DNA of 64,000 bases from Phoronis australis. Taxonomy: Eukaryota; Animalia; Phoronida. The position numbers were made by a program, and so were the translations under genes. Shown here piece after piece: positions 12,601-39,747 of this stretch; position 1 is the stretch's first letter; every line of letters begins with the position of its first letter. Under the pieces are notes generated by a model, which had not been told where the DNA came from, made no database searches, and saw nothing but the letters and a program-made list of their open reading frames with translations. The DNA is taken from contig NMRA01000120.1 in the NCBI GenBank assembly GCA_002633005.1, forward strand, positions 129,056 through 193,055, read 5' to 3'.

Positions 12601-12888
12601 TCTTAAGAATTATATTCAAAAGACAAAATGGCGTGACCTCTTCAACCCTTACAAACTATTCTTATCAACGTGTTTTTACAGCAAAGCCGTTTGGAGTGGC
12701 AAATAGTTTTCATAATTGGTGCTGCCATCTATGCATTCGGAGCCATCTTCTACTTAATCTTCGCCGACGGAGAGCTGCAGGAGTGGGCGAAAGAGCCCTT
12801 GGACAAGAACGGCAAACCAGGCGAACGAGATTACATGGTGACGGAAGTACATGCAGACGACGAGGATGTGGAATCGACTAAAGTTTGA
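667..12888 (+). CDS. SLC17A5: SLC17-family (sialin/VGLUT-like MFS anion transporter), last five coding exons; 5' part outside the window
   Basis: Exons 667-803, 9405-9554, 10733-10865, 11343-11587, 12682-12888 (TGA); all AG/GT with matching phases. Motifs typical of SLC17: [88 protein letters not shown]...GELQEWA. The symbol means sialin-like; orthology is not established. Confidence 0.9.
1718..1731. promoter_or_regulatory. Perfect palindromic RFX X-box-like motif (intronic)
   Basis: GTTACCATGGTAAC matches the RFX consensus GTTNCCATGGNAAC; function unproven. Confidence 0.3.
3518..6120 (+). mobile_element. Helentron-type non-autonomous element (HINE/DINE-1-like) with internal tandem repeats, interrupted by a DNA transposon
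   Basis: subTIR ACTCTGTGCGTGC (3523-3535) vs GCACTCACAGAGT (6072-6084); partial IR right after the 5' subTIR; (ATTCTT)n microsatellite about 3570-3597; 3' hairpin ATTATTGTCAC-GCC-GTGACAATAAT (6087-6111) then CTAGT; about 430-bp internal repeats. Confidence 0.75.
4529..5883 (+). mobile_element. Non-autonomous TIR DNA transposon, CAGGGCTCGAC ends, 5-bp TSD (hAT5-like), copy 1
   Basis: 11-bp TIR CAGGGCTCGAC...GTCGAGCCCTG; TSD CTAAC (4524-4528 / 5884-5888); many subterminal TGCGACCTG/GCGAGCTG motifs; both arms shared with 50819-52968. Confidence 0.85.
7051..7513. mobile_element. Foldback MITE with CAC-type terminus and 5-bp TSD (Transib/RAG-like)
   Basis: About 210-bp inverted arms built of approx. 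23-bp subrepeats (AAACACGGnnnACGGACTCA); ends CACTGTCAAGGTA / TACTTTGACTGTT; flanking GTTCT on both sides (7046-7050, 7514-7518). Confidence 0.75.
7543..8096 (+). mobile_element. Kolobok-like non-autonomous element, copy 1
   Basis: Similar to 19305-19820, 37570-41532 (reverse) and 61070-63032; right end ...CCCTGCATCACC-TTAG resembles the family TIR GTCCTACATAACC-TTAA. Left boundary approximate. Confidence 0.6.
9161..9314. mobile_element. Small MITE (CAGGGG(C)GGAT(C)C-type)
   Basis: Ends CAGGGGAGGATAC / GGATACACCTG; internal GGGGGTCCGGACCCCC palindrome; flanks TATTTCA / TGTTTCA (possible 7-bp TSD, 1 mismatch). Confidence 0.6.
11965..12135 (+). mobile_element. Degraded copy of the CAGGGCCCTC MITE family (cf. 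45699-45986)
   Basis: Shares GCTCACCTGAGGGGAAA and TTTGGCCCCAAA-TT-AGGCAT-GAGG-CCTG with 45699-45986. Confidence 0.55.
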
Positions 12889-15619
12889 TTCATGTGCATT
12901 TAGTTTGTCTTTGACAAAACATTAGGTTTGTGCGTGCACATGTGGGTGTGATTGCGTGTGTAGAAGGACTCGCCTATACTTTCGCAAAATGGAACAAGGG
13001 ATATTTCTTGGGTACTGTGGCATCCCCTTGTGGCAATTTTAGCTCTCCTTGCATCGATTTACCAAGTAGTGTGATGGATCTTCGTAAATTTTGCAAATGT
13101 ATTTGTACCAAAAACTGAATGGCACTTCATTTTGTAACAATCAGGTGAATGCTGTTCCCACTTGTGGCAGCTTATTTTTTACAGGGGCCTGACTGTCTTT
13201 GAATCTTTGGGATGGGACGACACTCGTCAATGTCAGACAAACCTGTATAGTGCTGCGCTTCCTAGTTACAAATTCAGTTTTTTGTCATTCAGCTGTGTCT
13301 GCCAAAGCATTATTGAGTGATCTCCATGATATTTATCAGATACAATGGCATGCTTTCATTTTCATACAAATGCCACCTGTGCTCTACCTAATAGTGACAA
13401 TAAAGCTACTGAGTCCTTCAATGTTTTTACCAATGAATGTGCTGAACAGGTGTTCATTTAATTCAACACATATGTCTTTGTTGATAAAAGGACTTCCTGC
13501 CAAATGATGGACAAATTTGATCCCACTAGAGGCTGGCTTGAGTTCAGTAGTATTTTGCATTATCTAGTGGGAATGCTTGTGGATTACACAATGATCTTCC
13601 CTAGTATCTATCCTGTATGGGGTATAGAGGTGAGTGAGTATCAATGCTCCTTAGCATTGCTCATGTAGGAAACTGCTAAGATTTAGCTTCGTTGTTGTAT
13701 ATCACTCACATTGTTGCACAAAGTGATATGAAATTGTTAGAGTGTGTTAAAACCGTGAGGCAGCTATTCAGATCTAGTGGGTTTTGCTATGTTAGTCTTT
13801 TTCTTTTAAAAATCTCAATATATTAAATCTCGATTTATAAATCTAAATTTTGTCGGCTAACACGTTTTTTGAAATCTCAGATTGACGTTCTAGCACCTAG
13901 TTTGAGTGGCTAATGAATTTCCAGCGAACCTTGGGTAGTGTTATTTAGAATACTATTCACACAATTTTTTATCGTAGTATGGTAATTTTTATAGTTTGGA
14001 ACACAATATCGCTGACAAAAATAAGTTTTAAGGACAATTCACTTTGCTTTTAGCATGGTTTGTGTTGCGTAGCTATTGCAAACGATATTTTCTGCTAAAG
14101 TTTTCAGTATTTGCAATAATGTGGCAAGCCTGTGAAAATACAAATGTGGCAATTTTTGAAATTGTTCTCGTTCCAAGTTGAAGAATTTTTACCATAACTT
14201 TCACTTCGGCCAGTGTGCCGTATTTGTGAAAGTGTCGGTGGTTATGAGAGTTACCATCTACAGTTACTGTAAGTAGATGGAGACCCCTTACGCAGTGCAT
14301 AACTGTGGTGTAATGAAACATGTGGTACCCTAGCTTTATGTTGACTTCGTGTCAAACCTGTGCATTGCAAACCAGTCCCCTGGGGTCCCATCTTTCTACT
14401 CGCATTTCCGTTTTAACTTTGCGCGAACTCAAGATAAGTGTGTGTTACACTGTGCTCGAGTAAATTATGGTTTATGCAAAGAGTTTCTTGTCCAAGTTAG
14501 AATTTGACTTCCTCCAGATTCATGTTAAAAACTCGAGTAAAAATTTGAGATTTCGAATACAAAAGACGTAAGTTTTCGCCTCAATGCTGGGGTCATCACG
14601 TGCAAATTACGAGTAAAAAGATTACACCCTGGGCCCTGGTGAACAATTTTGACTTTAATATTGCTGCTCCAGTGCAATAACTCTCTTATCCCATGGTGTG
14701 CTATAAATGAAATAGTTTTAATTATTGTGACTCGTACCGATTTAAAGTTTTGGTTTGAACTACCTGCTATACGTAATGATGTGCACATCTCATTTTTCCT
14801 TTATTGTGTTAACGAGAGTTTTAAAATGGCCGACTTTAGGCTATCTTGGGTTTGAGGACGCTGTTAAGAGTATGTTTAGTTAATTATAGAGAGACAGCTG
14901 AAATTCTTTAAAAATTGATTAGTGGTTAGTTTACTGAATGTTAGTGGTTTTTGTCTTGTTTGCTTTAAATAGTTTGGTGTGTCGTTTAGAAGAACTAAAA
15001 TAAGCCATCTGTTGCTTGATGACTTGGATATAACTTGGAGATCCTGTTACTGTTAATGATACTGTTGTGTGAGTATTAACTACTATGGTAATCTCGTGTT
15101 AATTGCTATGGTAATCTCGTATTAACTGTTATAGGTAATCTTGTGCTGTTTTGGATTGTAGCATTGTGCTTTTTTGTTGATTAATTATGCCAAATATCTT
15201 TTGGAGCTTTTTTTGTTGTTTTGAGATGTTTTGTGAGAAAAGTGGGTGTGTTGCTTTTCTGATTGACGTTTCATGCGCATCTTGTAAGTGTTTGAAAAGA
15301 GGTTGAAATCTCGGGTGTTTTTAGAATAATAAATTATGGTTAATTGGAATGAAACTGGCAGTTAATGAGCATTTTTAAACTAAGTGTTCGGAAGTTTTGT
15401 TAATGTATCTAGAAAGGGGATGCTGTGGAGTCCAGACTCCTTCTTGGTCGACTTGCTGTGTTCTCTCGCCTTGGTGAGGTAAATATTCACCTGCCTCTCT
15501 TGAGACTGGGATTTTACCTGAAGACACGACAGGTGTGCTTTTTATGCACAAACATTTGTATAAAATATGTGTACACATTGCCGCCATCTCTGCCCAGTGT
15601 CTGTCAATCTGGAGTCCAT

Positions 15620-16700
15620 GGCTGAATCTCCTAAACCCTTGTGAAATTTGTTACTTCTATGAACGCGACAATGGATGATAACGACTACTGCTATACACCA
15701 TTCTGGCAGTTTTAGTTTTTTATGTGTGACTCTGTATCTTTGGAGTCCTGTGACAGATTTTCATGGAAATTGCCATGTTGAAGAGACGACGATGCCTTCC
15801 AAATTTAGATGGATTCAACATATTCTGCACCACCTTGTTGCCAGCTTTATTGTTTTCTGGTTTTTTGGATGTTTGCCTGTTGATCTGCAAAACTGCTTAA
15901 GGAATTATTGTCAGTGGGAATTGGATGTTTTTACTGGGAAGAGCACGATGGCTCTGACTACTGTATCACACTCTAGTAGCAGCTCTTTATGCGTACATGG
16001 CTACTCCTTGTAGGACTTTTGTGTGAAAATCGGCAAATGATTCCTGTGAACGTGGCTGCAAATGATGATGTCTTTTACACAGATATGACTATTGCTGTGC
16101 CCCTAGTGACTATTTTAGTTTTCACATTTTCCTCTATCTTTGGAGTTTGTTGCCGGATTTTCATAAAATTTTGGCAAATGGGGTTTATTAAGGAGACAAA
16201 GTCTACCAATTTGCAGATGGATTCAACATCTTGTATACCACCTAGTGACAATTATTTTCGATTCTGGTTTTGGCATCTGTCTATTGGCAAAACTGCTCAA
16301 AGGATCATTTACGAAAATTGTTTATATGTGTTCCTACTGAGAAATGCATCGATGACTATAGGTTTCGATGGGTCTGGCCACAGGCGCACCCAACCTAAAA
16401 ACTGGGGGGCTCGAATCTTTCAGAATGTGGACCTTTTACGAAAAAACAACAACAAAAAACGAGATATGTTCAGAGCTGTGAATTGTGCTTTCGACGAATT
16501 TTTTAGTGGACGAAAGTCTCGTTCTCTACTTTTTCGGAATTTTTGTTTCTCTGAGGCGGACGTTTTTGCCCACTTCGTCAAATGGGGGGGCTCATTCAAG
16601 CCCTAACCTGGGTGCACGCATGCTGACGACTGTGGCACAACCTAGAGGCATATTTTGCCTGGGGCTCAATGTCTTCCAAACTCTTTGATGAATCTTTGTG
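15620..16700 (+). repeat. Degenerate Helentron-type satellite remnant with an inserted MITE (about 16381-16622)
   Basis: Repeated GGATTTTCATRAAATTT...AGATGGATTCAACAT...CCACCTAGTG blocks resemble 61.6-62.5 kb; the insert is bounded by CAGGCGCACCCA / TGGGTGCACGCATG. Confidence 0.5.
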
Positions 16701-19304
16701 AGAGTACAGCTATCCCTAAAGACGACAGTGCCTGCACCGTTTCAAACAAATTTGACTCATTCTGCTCCCCCTAGTGGCTCTTTTAATTATTTTTGTGTCC
16801 ATCGTGTGCTTCCATATCTGCTAAACTTGAAGAATCGTGATGGGTGTGTTCCTATTGAGGAGAGCAGTTCTGACTTCCTTAGTAAATCCTGGAGGCTATT
16901 GTAAGTTTACTAGTTGCTCCCTTTAGTAGGAATGTTGACCAGAAAATGATGATAATCCGTAGTATCTGTGCTGCACGCACTGCACACGGTGGGCACATTT
17001 CAACATTCTGTGGTTGTTTTCTGCTTTATTGTTTCAGTGTTGTGCTCTTATTTAAGTTATTTTTCCTGCCTTTTATTTGCTTCTCGTATTTCAAAAATAG
17101 ATTGATCAATGCAAGATTGCTTATTGTAGATTGCATTTATGTATTAAAAGCATCCAGTGCTTCACAACTCTGTAGTTGATTTCTTCCATTCACAACTGGT
17201 CTGATTGAATGCAGTCACAGAGGCCACTGAGACTGCTTGCTAACGCCTATTTTCAGTTACTTTGTAGTATGTGGTTCTGCACTTCTTAAAAAGGAAAGTG
17301 TACATATTTTAGCCCGAAATTTACATTTGAGGGAATGAAAATAATCTATCCAATTGTGTTCTGCGGTAAATTCTTTTTTTCCCGACGGCGAAGGAAAAAT
17401 AGGAAAAAAGTGGGAGTCGCAAAATAACCGATTTATGCAGTGCTAGTTTACAGTTTTTACTGACATGGTTTATGTTGAGATATTAAGAGGACTGCTATGA
17501 AAATTAGTCAAACCTGTGCTACGTTTGAAATATTTAGCAAATTCTGGTACTAGTGCACTGAAAGTGATCTTAAATGGTTCTATAAACTTTTGGAACATTT
17601 CGTTTTTGATTTCTGCAAGTTTCTCAAGGATTCAAATGTGTTGAAGCTTTCCACAACACCATAAAAAATGTCAATTCCTAAACATGCAATTCAGCCAATA
17701 AAACAAGTAAAAAAACCATCACTTTGGATGGGATTAACAAACTGGCCAAAATTTGGCTCCAAAGCAAGGGCAGGTGATGGCTTATTCCTCTTGATGGTAG
17801 AAACTTAATTAGTACGTACTATCATAGAAAAGGAAATTTTAAGAGATATAATTTTGTTAAAGTAGCATAAAACTGTTAAAAACAAGTTATTTATGATTAT
17901 GAAATTAAGACTTTAAGAATAATTTTGAAGTGGTTCCTCGGTCAAAACAGATGTGATATGTGGGCTTGCAAAGAACTTGCGCTTTGTTATTTCTTCAGAC
18001 TAAGCTCATAATATTTCTGGTCACACTGTTAACTGAAATTTTGTGAGCTTCGTCGAAAGAAATGGCAAGCTGTCAGTTGCTCCCTAGCCCCGAGATCACT
18101 TCTAAACTGAGTTCCGGTAAGGAAGAAGACTATTTTTTATAGCAGGTGACTGAAATCTAAACTTGTTTTTTGACAGAAAGCACAGGTTCAATGTTCAGGT
18201 TGTCAAACCGTGGAATAAAATGTATCTTAAAATATTTCAAACTTGAGTGATCTTTCTGAAACTGCCAACCACAGGGGCGGATGGGGCCTTCAAAGGGGCC
18301 TGGTCACTAGACCTATACTTTTAAGTTATTGTCTTGAATCTTACCTACTGCAGCTTGTATGTCGGCCGATGTGTAGTTTGTTTCAGAATCTGTTTTTTCT
18401 TCAGAAATGTCCCGTTAGTGGTGACATTTTGTTGGAGAAGCTCAAAAGAATTCCATTGTATTTATTGTGAAAAGGATACTAGGGTTTAACTGAAATTTTG
18501 AGAGAATTCAATTTAATTGAACGTGGATTGATTCATGTCTCTATTACAATCTGTTAACTGTCACAGGGACAAATAACAGATTCAAATATTTTATCAAAGA
18601 AGCCATTGATTGTTAGTTTATCAAACACAGAACAATTATATAAGAATATTGAAACAAAAGCCAGTACAAACAGTATCGATGGTCCTATGTCCCATTTCCT
18701 AGTAACTGACAATAAAAGAAAAGAGCGTATGGTAAAAGATGGAAGGCATGTGAAATAAAAATTTTAAGAAAACTACAGGTCTGGAAATTTCACAGTGGTT
18801 TTAGCTTACTTTGTATAGTACAGCTGTTGAAAACAACAGTTGGTAAGATTTCGAATATTTGCAGCTACGTAGAAATTAGCCTCCAAAAAGAACAAATGCC
18901 TATTTACTAATTATTTTTGTAGCAAATGAAGACAACTGCAATAAGGCAGAAGCCCTTCTTAAAAGCACAACTGGTTGTCTGAACACATGACAGCAGCACA
19001 CCATGTATCATCTCTTGTGTACTTGCCATATACCTGCCTATATACCAGTGTTCAAAATTACACCGGCCACTAGATAGGTGTACCATGAACTGCTAGGGGG
19101 CGCACTTGTAGATACATTGGGCACCTCAGCATGAACTCCATGCAAAGCTAGGTCACGCCCTCTGCTGGCGGTGAATGACACCAATTAAACATGCCTGCAA
19201 CATCCTCTGTTCACTCTGAAGGCTATGTGGTGTTTTAATAACAAGTAAATTGTTTACAGGTGCTATATATTTACAAATGTTAACAAATCTGACAGAGTTT
19301 AATG

Positions 19305-19820
19305 ATAACTTATGTATCACCCATAGAAAAATTTCTAGTTTGAATAATTTTGGAACATCAAATTTTGGAAATGGCTGATTGGATTCACTGAAACTTTCAG
19401 GTACTATGTTTTATGCACTATTCTCCAAAATGCTTTTGATATAATTATTGTTCTTAGAATGTTCCACTTCTGCATGAGGGCTATCAAAAATAGGACTTAT
19501 GATTTTTACGAAAAACTCAAAAGTTAATAAACCAAAATGAAATGATAATTTTGACAACTAACCAATCGGCGTTTATGAGATTTCACCGTGAACATTTGTA
19601 TCAAACGAAATTTATCAGGTTATTGATACCACTGATTTTCTATGCAGGTAATACCTTTCGTTTTTGTTAAACTTTACTAAAAAGACATGGTCATGTGACT
19701 TAGTTAATGGCAGATTGGTACAAAGTCAATAACCAAATTCTACACACTTTCTGGTTTCAGTTATACTTTTACTGAGTTAAAATATATAACTTTAGACAGG
19801 TCGATGAAGTCCTACACAAG
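19305..19820 (+). mobile_element. Kolobok-like non-autonomous element, copy 2
   Basis: Aligns by eye to 7560-8090 (GGAACATCA...GGCTGAT...TTTATGCACT...TAATGGCAGATTGGTAC). Ends approximate. Confidence 0.6.
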
Positions 19821-20143
19821 GTACTCGGCCAAGATTTATAACTATAACTCTTCACCCGAGTCAATGTGCGGCACTTATTTTACTGTAAAAACCACCATAT
19901 TTGACCATACAAATCCAGTGTGCTCTAAGACATCCAAAATAGCTTCGATTCCAAATAACTGCATATCTTAAAATTGGTAAAAATATCAAATATGTGTATT
20001 ACCTATTGGGCACAGACTGGGGTGAAGTGAAAATGGTGCTTTTGGCAACCTTCTGTGATACTTCCTGTAAGACACTAGGCCTTGAGCTGACATTGACATG
20101 CTTGGATCAGCAGTAAAGACGCATGTCGTAAAATACTGACATA

Positions 20144-20266
20144 CAGTAAAACTCGTGTAAATGACATTCCAAGTCAGATTTTTCCGGACTAATTTCATAT
20201 GGACTAGTCCATGCAGTCAGACCTACAAATAAGTCCGACTGAATCTGACTTATGCAAGTTTTACTG
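20144..20266. mobile_element. Small Tc1/mariner (pogo/Tigger-like) MITE
   Basis: TA-CAGTAAAACTCGTGTAA ... TTATGCAAGTTTTACTG imperfect TIR; the right TA is not conserved. Confidence 0.5.
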
Positions 20267-20556
20267 CTTATCAACAAGTGCCTGTACTGTTACACATCTG
20301 GAGTGACTGGGGTACATGCAGGGGCTCACTTTTGTCTTCTGTAGGGCACGGGCACTTCATCAGTCAAATACTGTAATCCAACTAGTTTTCTCACTTGGCT
20401 TTTGAGGCAGCACTTTTCATGTAATAAATAGTGAGCACAAAATGCTTAGCGGTATTCTTAAGCTTTACATGCAAAACAGTCTGTGTTACACTTAGATACC
20501 AAAATCACAATCCTAAAGGTTGATTCCAAAAAATAAAAGCCAGCCTGTCCTTTGCA

Positions 20557-27826
<7,270 letters not shown>

Positions 27827-29779
27827 TGTCTGGGAAGACCTGTCAATCTGAAACAGTGAATCAAACTGTTGAGTTGTTTGTGTTAGTGTTAACCAGAGCT
27901 TAAATTTCTTTGAGAAAATACTTCACCCAATGCCCTAACACCACAGGAAAATGTGTGACTGTAAAATATGGGAGTAAAACGAAAGACAAAAAATTCATGA
28001 TTTCAAAGTATGATCATTTTCATGTTCAGGGCAACAACTCCTAAGTATATTTCAATTTAGCAGATATAGCTGACAGCAAAAAAGGCTTGTTTTTTCTGGA
28101 TGGAACTAATCAGGAAGAGGTTCAATATTTTGTTTGTCTGAGGATTGTATGTGGACTATGGAACTTGCACCTGTCATAATAACGCACAATAAAATTGCAC
28201 TACTGTATTCTTTCAAAAACACAGTCAAATTTGGACACCAATTTAACCTTACACAGTCTTAAAGTGGTTTCACTTTACACTTTTGACATGATATCTTGGT
28301 TTTTTAATGAGAAATCAACTAGTATCGCAGAGCATTTTATGCTCATAAGAGAACACTTTGCATGCAGTATGTAGATGACACATCACATTGAAAAAAATTT
28401 TAAAATGTCCAAATCTGGTGTGATGTACATATGTCACATCCAAGAAACAACATAGTTCATACAAGACTCCTGATTGCGTATCTAAAAATGCACACAGTTA
28501 AAGCTGCATTTTGCCCTGTTTAGCTACAACAATCTGAAAACCAAAATTGAATCAGATCTTTTACTCTGAAAAAATTAATCTCACAATACTCCTTACCATG
28601 ATAGGATTCCATTTCCGTTACTAACAAGAACTTTGAAACCATCAGTGACTTGAGAAAATGATTCAGAGTTGGTGATGAAATAGGATAGTTACAATGACAA
28701 AAAGGAATGTTATCAGACCGCTTTTAGGAGAGTAGAAGGAGAAATTGGATTTTCGTTTTTCAGACAAACTGCATGGGAAACATGCAGGTTTAAAGGTATG
28801 AATACTTTGATAAGAAATCAAGAGCCCTGTACAAACTACGCTGCTGTCTCAGATAGGAAAAGGTGAAATGAAGCTTAAAGTATTGTTGATAAAAGTGTTC
28901 TGAACAAAACAGTGCATAAGAAATTACTCCCTTTAATTACTGAACTTTCGAAGCCTTTGTCAAAGGTTAGAGAAGTGGGTTAATTAGGGCATTGGGCAGC
29001 CAGGCCCACATGTTGTCACAGTGATGGATCTGTTCTAGCAAGAGACGATCCTCTGGACTAGAATAGAAAAATCATCACGACAACATGCCTGCTCAGTACA
29101 ATTCATTGACCAGTCTATGTCTTGGACTGCTTGCTGCGTTGCGACCCGAACTGTCCAGGAAGAAAACTATTTTAGGTGTAGATTTATTTTCCTAGATCAG
29201 GTAAATACTACACGCCTGTGTTGGCTTACGTTAGTAAATGAGAAATGGGTGACACTGACACTGAGTGAGTGAATGATCAGATGACAGATCATCATTCATT
29301 CAAGTTTAACTCAACGATTTTCACCAAAGCATTAAGTTCATCATTAGTAGTGACTGAATCACAGGATTCCTTGTGAAAAACAAGGGCCCAAGACTGTGTC
29401 CAAAAAGAGTAAGATAACACTGCCGTTACTTCAACTAAACTACTTAAGGATTAAAAGCCAACCTAATTCATTCTTGAGCTCTGACTTGATAGCTTGCAAA
29501 AGTGTCATGACGACTGCGTGACCTTGACATTGCCAGAAGCGCCACATCGCGGATATCCATTTTAGAAGTTGCTGAACTAAGACCTTTTGATCATTCCAAA
29601 TAACAAATGCATCTGGTCTGAAGCGAAGACATTTGATTCCAAATCATTCCGACCAGTTATCACTAAAGTGTTCACGTTATGAGACACATACTTGTCTGCA
29701 AAATTCTATTTGCAGCGAGATCTACCGGATAAATACGAAATCAAACACTCTCGTCTACTGGAGGAACGATTGTACAACT

Positions 29780-36326
<6,547 letters not shown>

Positions 36327-39300
36327 GATTATAGTTATTGTACAATAGGACCGAAGTACTGTTGACTGCTGCAGGATGTCATTCAGTGACTATATAGCTT
36401 TCTGAAGACTACACATGATTGGTATTTGACGATGAGTTGAACTTGCGATGACTGGAAGAGTCCAAGTTGCACCAGGCAATGGGTGTTTTTGATTGTGGTA
36501 TGACTAATCTGAGCATTGCCTCACACTGCTCTGCCTTCAACAGAAAATAATCCACTCATGTTACATTGAGCTTGGCAATTTCATTTGGCTGGCACTGAAT
36601 TTGGCATCAATGATTGCAAATGGTATGAAAAATCAGCCTTGAATCATTCACTTAGAAGGATACTAAACCGTTTTGATGATTTCAACTAATCCTCATTCTG
36701 TTACCTGCTAATGTATCATTGCTGTCAACCTTCCAAGTTAAAGACAAGAATCAACTAAAAATTCATACCCCCTATCTCACAAATTGGACAGTATGGTCCT
36801 TTGTGGGTGGTCTTTTCTCAATTACCGTGTAATTCGCTAAAAGTGCAAGTCATGCTTGCCCGTTTAGCAGACTTTGAATGTTTTCAAATTTTCCTCCAAT
36901 CTTTTGAAGGTTGTCGAGGGTTACAGAGCATTATTTTGCTCCAGAGAACTGAATGGGAAAGTTGTTTTTAGTATCTGTTAATAAGTCAAACCAGGCTTGG
37001 TATCCTTTTAAGTAAATCTGTACCAAGTGTCGCAGGTCACCGAGACTCCACATTTCAGAAGACTTGAAAATGACAGGATGGTGTCTCATTGTGTTGTGCA
37101 AGAAATGCAGAAAGTAGAGCCACACTGTTACGCCTTGTCCTTGTATAACCTCATTTTGTTTCACTTTTTCAATAAAATCTGAATATCTTGAACTTACCAT
37201 GTTGCTATTTTTATGGGTGATTTTTATTTTACCAAGATTGTAATTTTTGATTAATTGGGTTCTGGCTCTTGATACAGAGACTGGCCTCTGTTGTTCAAAT
37301 TCTAAAACCCAGCTCCCTATCTCCTCATATTGTTCATGGAATCTTGCAGCAGCAGGCACATGAAAGGTATTGCTGGTGTTACATATCAGAAAGCAGACAA
37401 TATCCAATTTTGAAAATGGAGGACTTTTATGTAGTATGTTATCTGCAAGCTTGTGAATTAAGTCAAATATCTGTAAATTATAGAAATTGACTCGGTAAAA
37501 GTATTTTATTATATATTCTGAAAGCAGAAAGCTGTGGTTTATAACTTTATACCAGTCTGTTTCTAATTGGGTCACGTGTACTTTTAATGAAATTTAAAAA
37601 ATGACAATATCAATAACATGCCAAAATCTCAAATCAATATGAAATTTCACAAATATTCAATTTGTTACTGTTTTCTAAAGTTTTTGTTTTAAGCAACTTG
37701 TGGGTTTTTTCACAAAAACGATAAAAATCCATTTTTATAGCCCCTTGTGCGAAGAACTTTTTTAAAAACAACTAACAGTGTTGCAAAACAACGATATCAA
37801 TAACACGCCGAAATCTCAAATTAAGTTTAAATTTCATAAACCAAAATTTCATAAACTATAATTGTTTTCTAAATTTGTTTTTTAAGCAACTTGTGAGTTT
37901 TTCAAAAAAATGATAAAGGTCCTATTTTTATTGCCTCTTGTGCAAGAGAAGAAATGTTTAAAAACAAGTGTTTTTCAAAGCAGTGCATAAAGCACAGTGC
38001 ATGAAAGTTTCATGTAAATCCGATCAACCATTTCTGAAATGTGATGTTACGGTAAAGTCGCGTGATTTTCGAACACTGAAAATTAATTCCAATAGAAAAA
38101 TTTCATTCTTGGACGAATCTCGCGAAACATCATTTCTGTGGTGTCCGAATTTGGCGGACCTCCAAATTTGGGTTTCGGCTAGTGTCCCAATTTCGTGGGT
38201 GCACATTATATTTCGATGAGCGGTCGTAGTATCAAACATTGCTGGCTCGGTCATTTGATAGCAGCATAATTGCAGGTCACTAAGACTCAAACGGTCTGCG
38301 CGATTAATTTTTGAAAATCTGGCTTTCCCAATAAGAAATGTGCGTTGTCAACGCATAAATACCTTTCCCGACAAGTGTTGGTTCTTCTTTTCAAAGATGC
38401 CCTTTCTCAATATGAAATCTTCGGCTTGCTTCGCCGATGCTCAAAAACCATTATCGGCAAGTGACGGAATCTTATGAAAAATGCGCTATCTCACTTGAAA
38501 TAGCGGGCTGCGTTGTGAAAAAGGAGTCTTCCTGGTGACAAATATGGGCTTTCCAATGAGTGGGTCTGGTTTGCGTTGTTGACGCACATGAAACGTTCCA
38601 GACAACTGATTCTCTTTTGTAAAAATGCGTTTTCTCAATAAAAAATGTCGAGTTTGCGCTGTCAACACACAAAGGGCGCCTCGATAGGCGCTTTTTTAAT
38701 ATGGTTTCCCAATAAAAAGCTGGACTTGCGTATTCGACGCACAAAGAGGGTTTCCGACCATCAAAACATGCACTTTCTCAATTTTAACGAATTTTGCTTT
38801 AAACGTAACAGTAATGGATGTGGGAACGATTTCAATGAAGAAAGTGATGAACAATGACCAGAGCATAGTACATATTTATGTTTGTTCAACGTATCCACGC
38901 ATTGCCTGCTGGTTACAAACCGTAACGCAAGTTAACTCTGACACGTTTATTTCCATATTACCTGAAAGCTCAGTTTCAACATGAAAACTTCGAATGAGCA
39001 ATTACCCAAAATAGATTACAAAGACAATCACGATAGTAAAATGAGTAGTTTCTCATCAACTCGTGATCCCCATTCGTCGTTCTGGTAGTCATTGAATTGT
39101 TGAAGAAGCGCTGTCGTTCTACATATGTTTAGGCCTACTGCAAACTATGGGAATGCGTCTACTAGTACAGTGCTGCGCGGCTGAAGACACGATTAACTAA
39201 CACATTGTATATATAAGGGCGTTGTCTAGAAAGCGAATGCAATTTCAAATGCTACCAACATCAAATTCACCCAACAGTTTTTTACAATTAAAACCTTTCT

Positions 39301-39643
39301 CATCCGCAGCCTTTGAAAGGCCCGATGTTACTCAGTGATACACAGGCGCGTCTTCATGCAATTGAGGTGACCTAACACATCTGGGTTCGCTTAGATACGT
39401 TTTTAACCACAGTGAAAACTCTGACTTGTGAAATCGGTTTGTGGATGAAATGAAACTGATAATCGTTAACATTTTTCTGATAATATGTGTGGAAGACAAC
39501 AGGGCCGTTTCTTCTTGTCGTCACCAGTTTCGTGCAGCTCAGTCTCCCTCAGTCACTACTAATTTTCCACCAGCCTCCTGCTGCACATGTCGATTTTGAG
39601 CCACTAATTCTACGAGAGTCTGCTAGGTGCACCCACACCCCCC

Positions 39644-39747
39644 NNNNNNNNNNNNNNNNNNNNNNNNNNNNNNNNNNNNNNNNNNNNNNNNNNNNNNNNN
39701 NNNNNNNNNNNNNNNNNNNNNNNNNNNNNNNNNNNNNNNNNNNNNNN
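39644..39747. other. Assembly gap (N run) followed by a near-identical about 165-bp tandem duplication (39748-40080)
   Basis: 104 Ns; the duplicated block directly follows the gap. Confidence 0.95.

Noticed and set aside
15989-16606. 205-aa ORF
   Set aside because: It runs through a degenerate satellite and a MITE; no recognisable domain or splice support.
36931-37575. 214-aa minus-strand ORF
   Set aside because: No recognisable motif, non-ATG start and AT-rich composition; probably antisense to the DPCD 3' region. A BLAST hit would reverse this.
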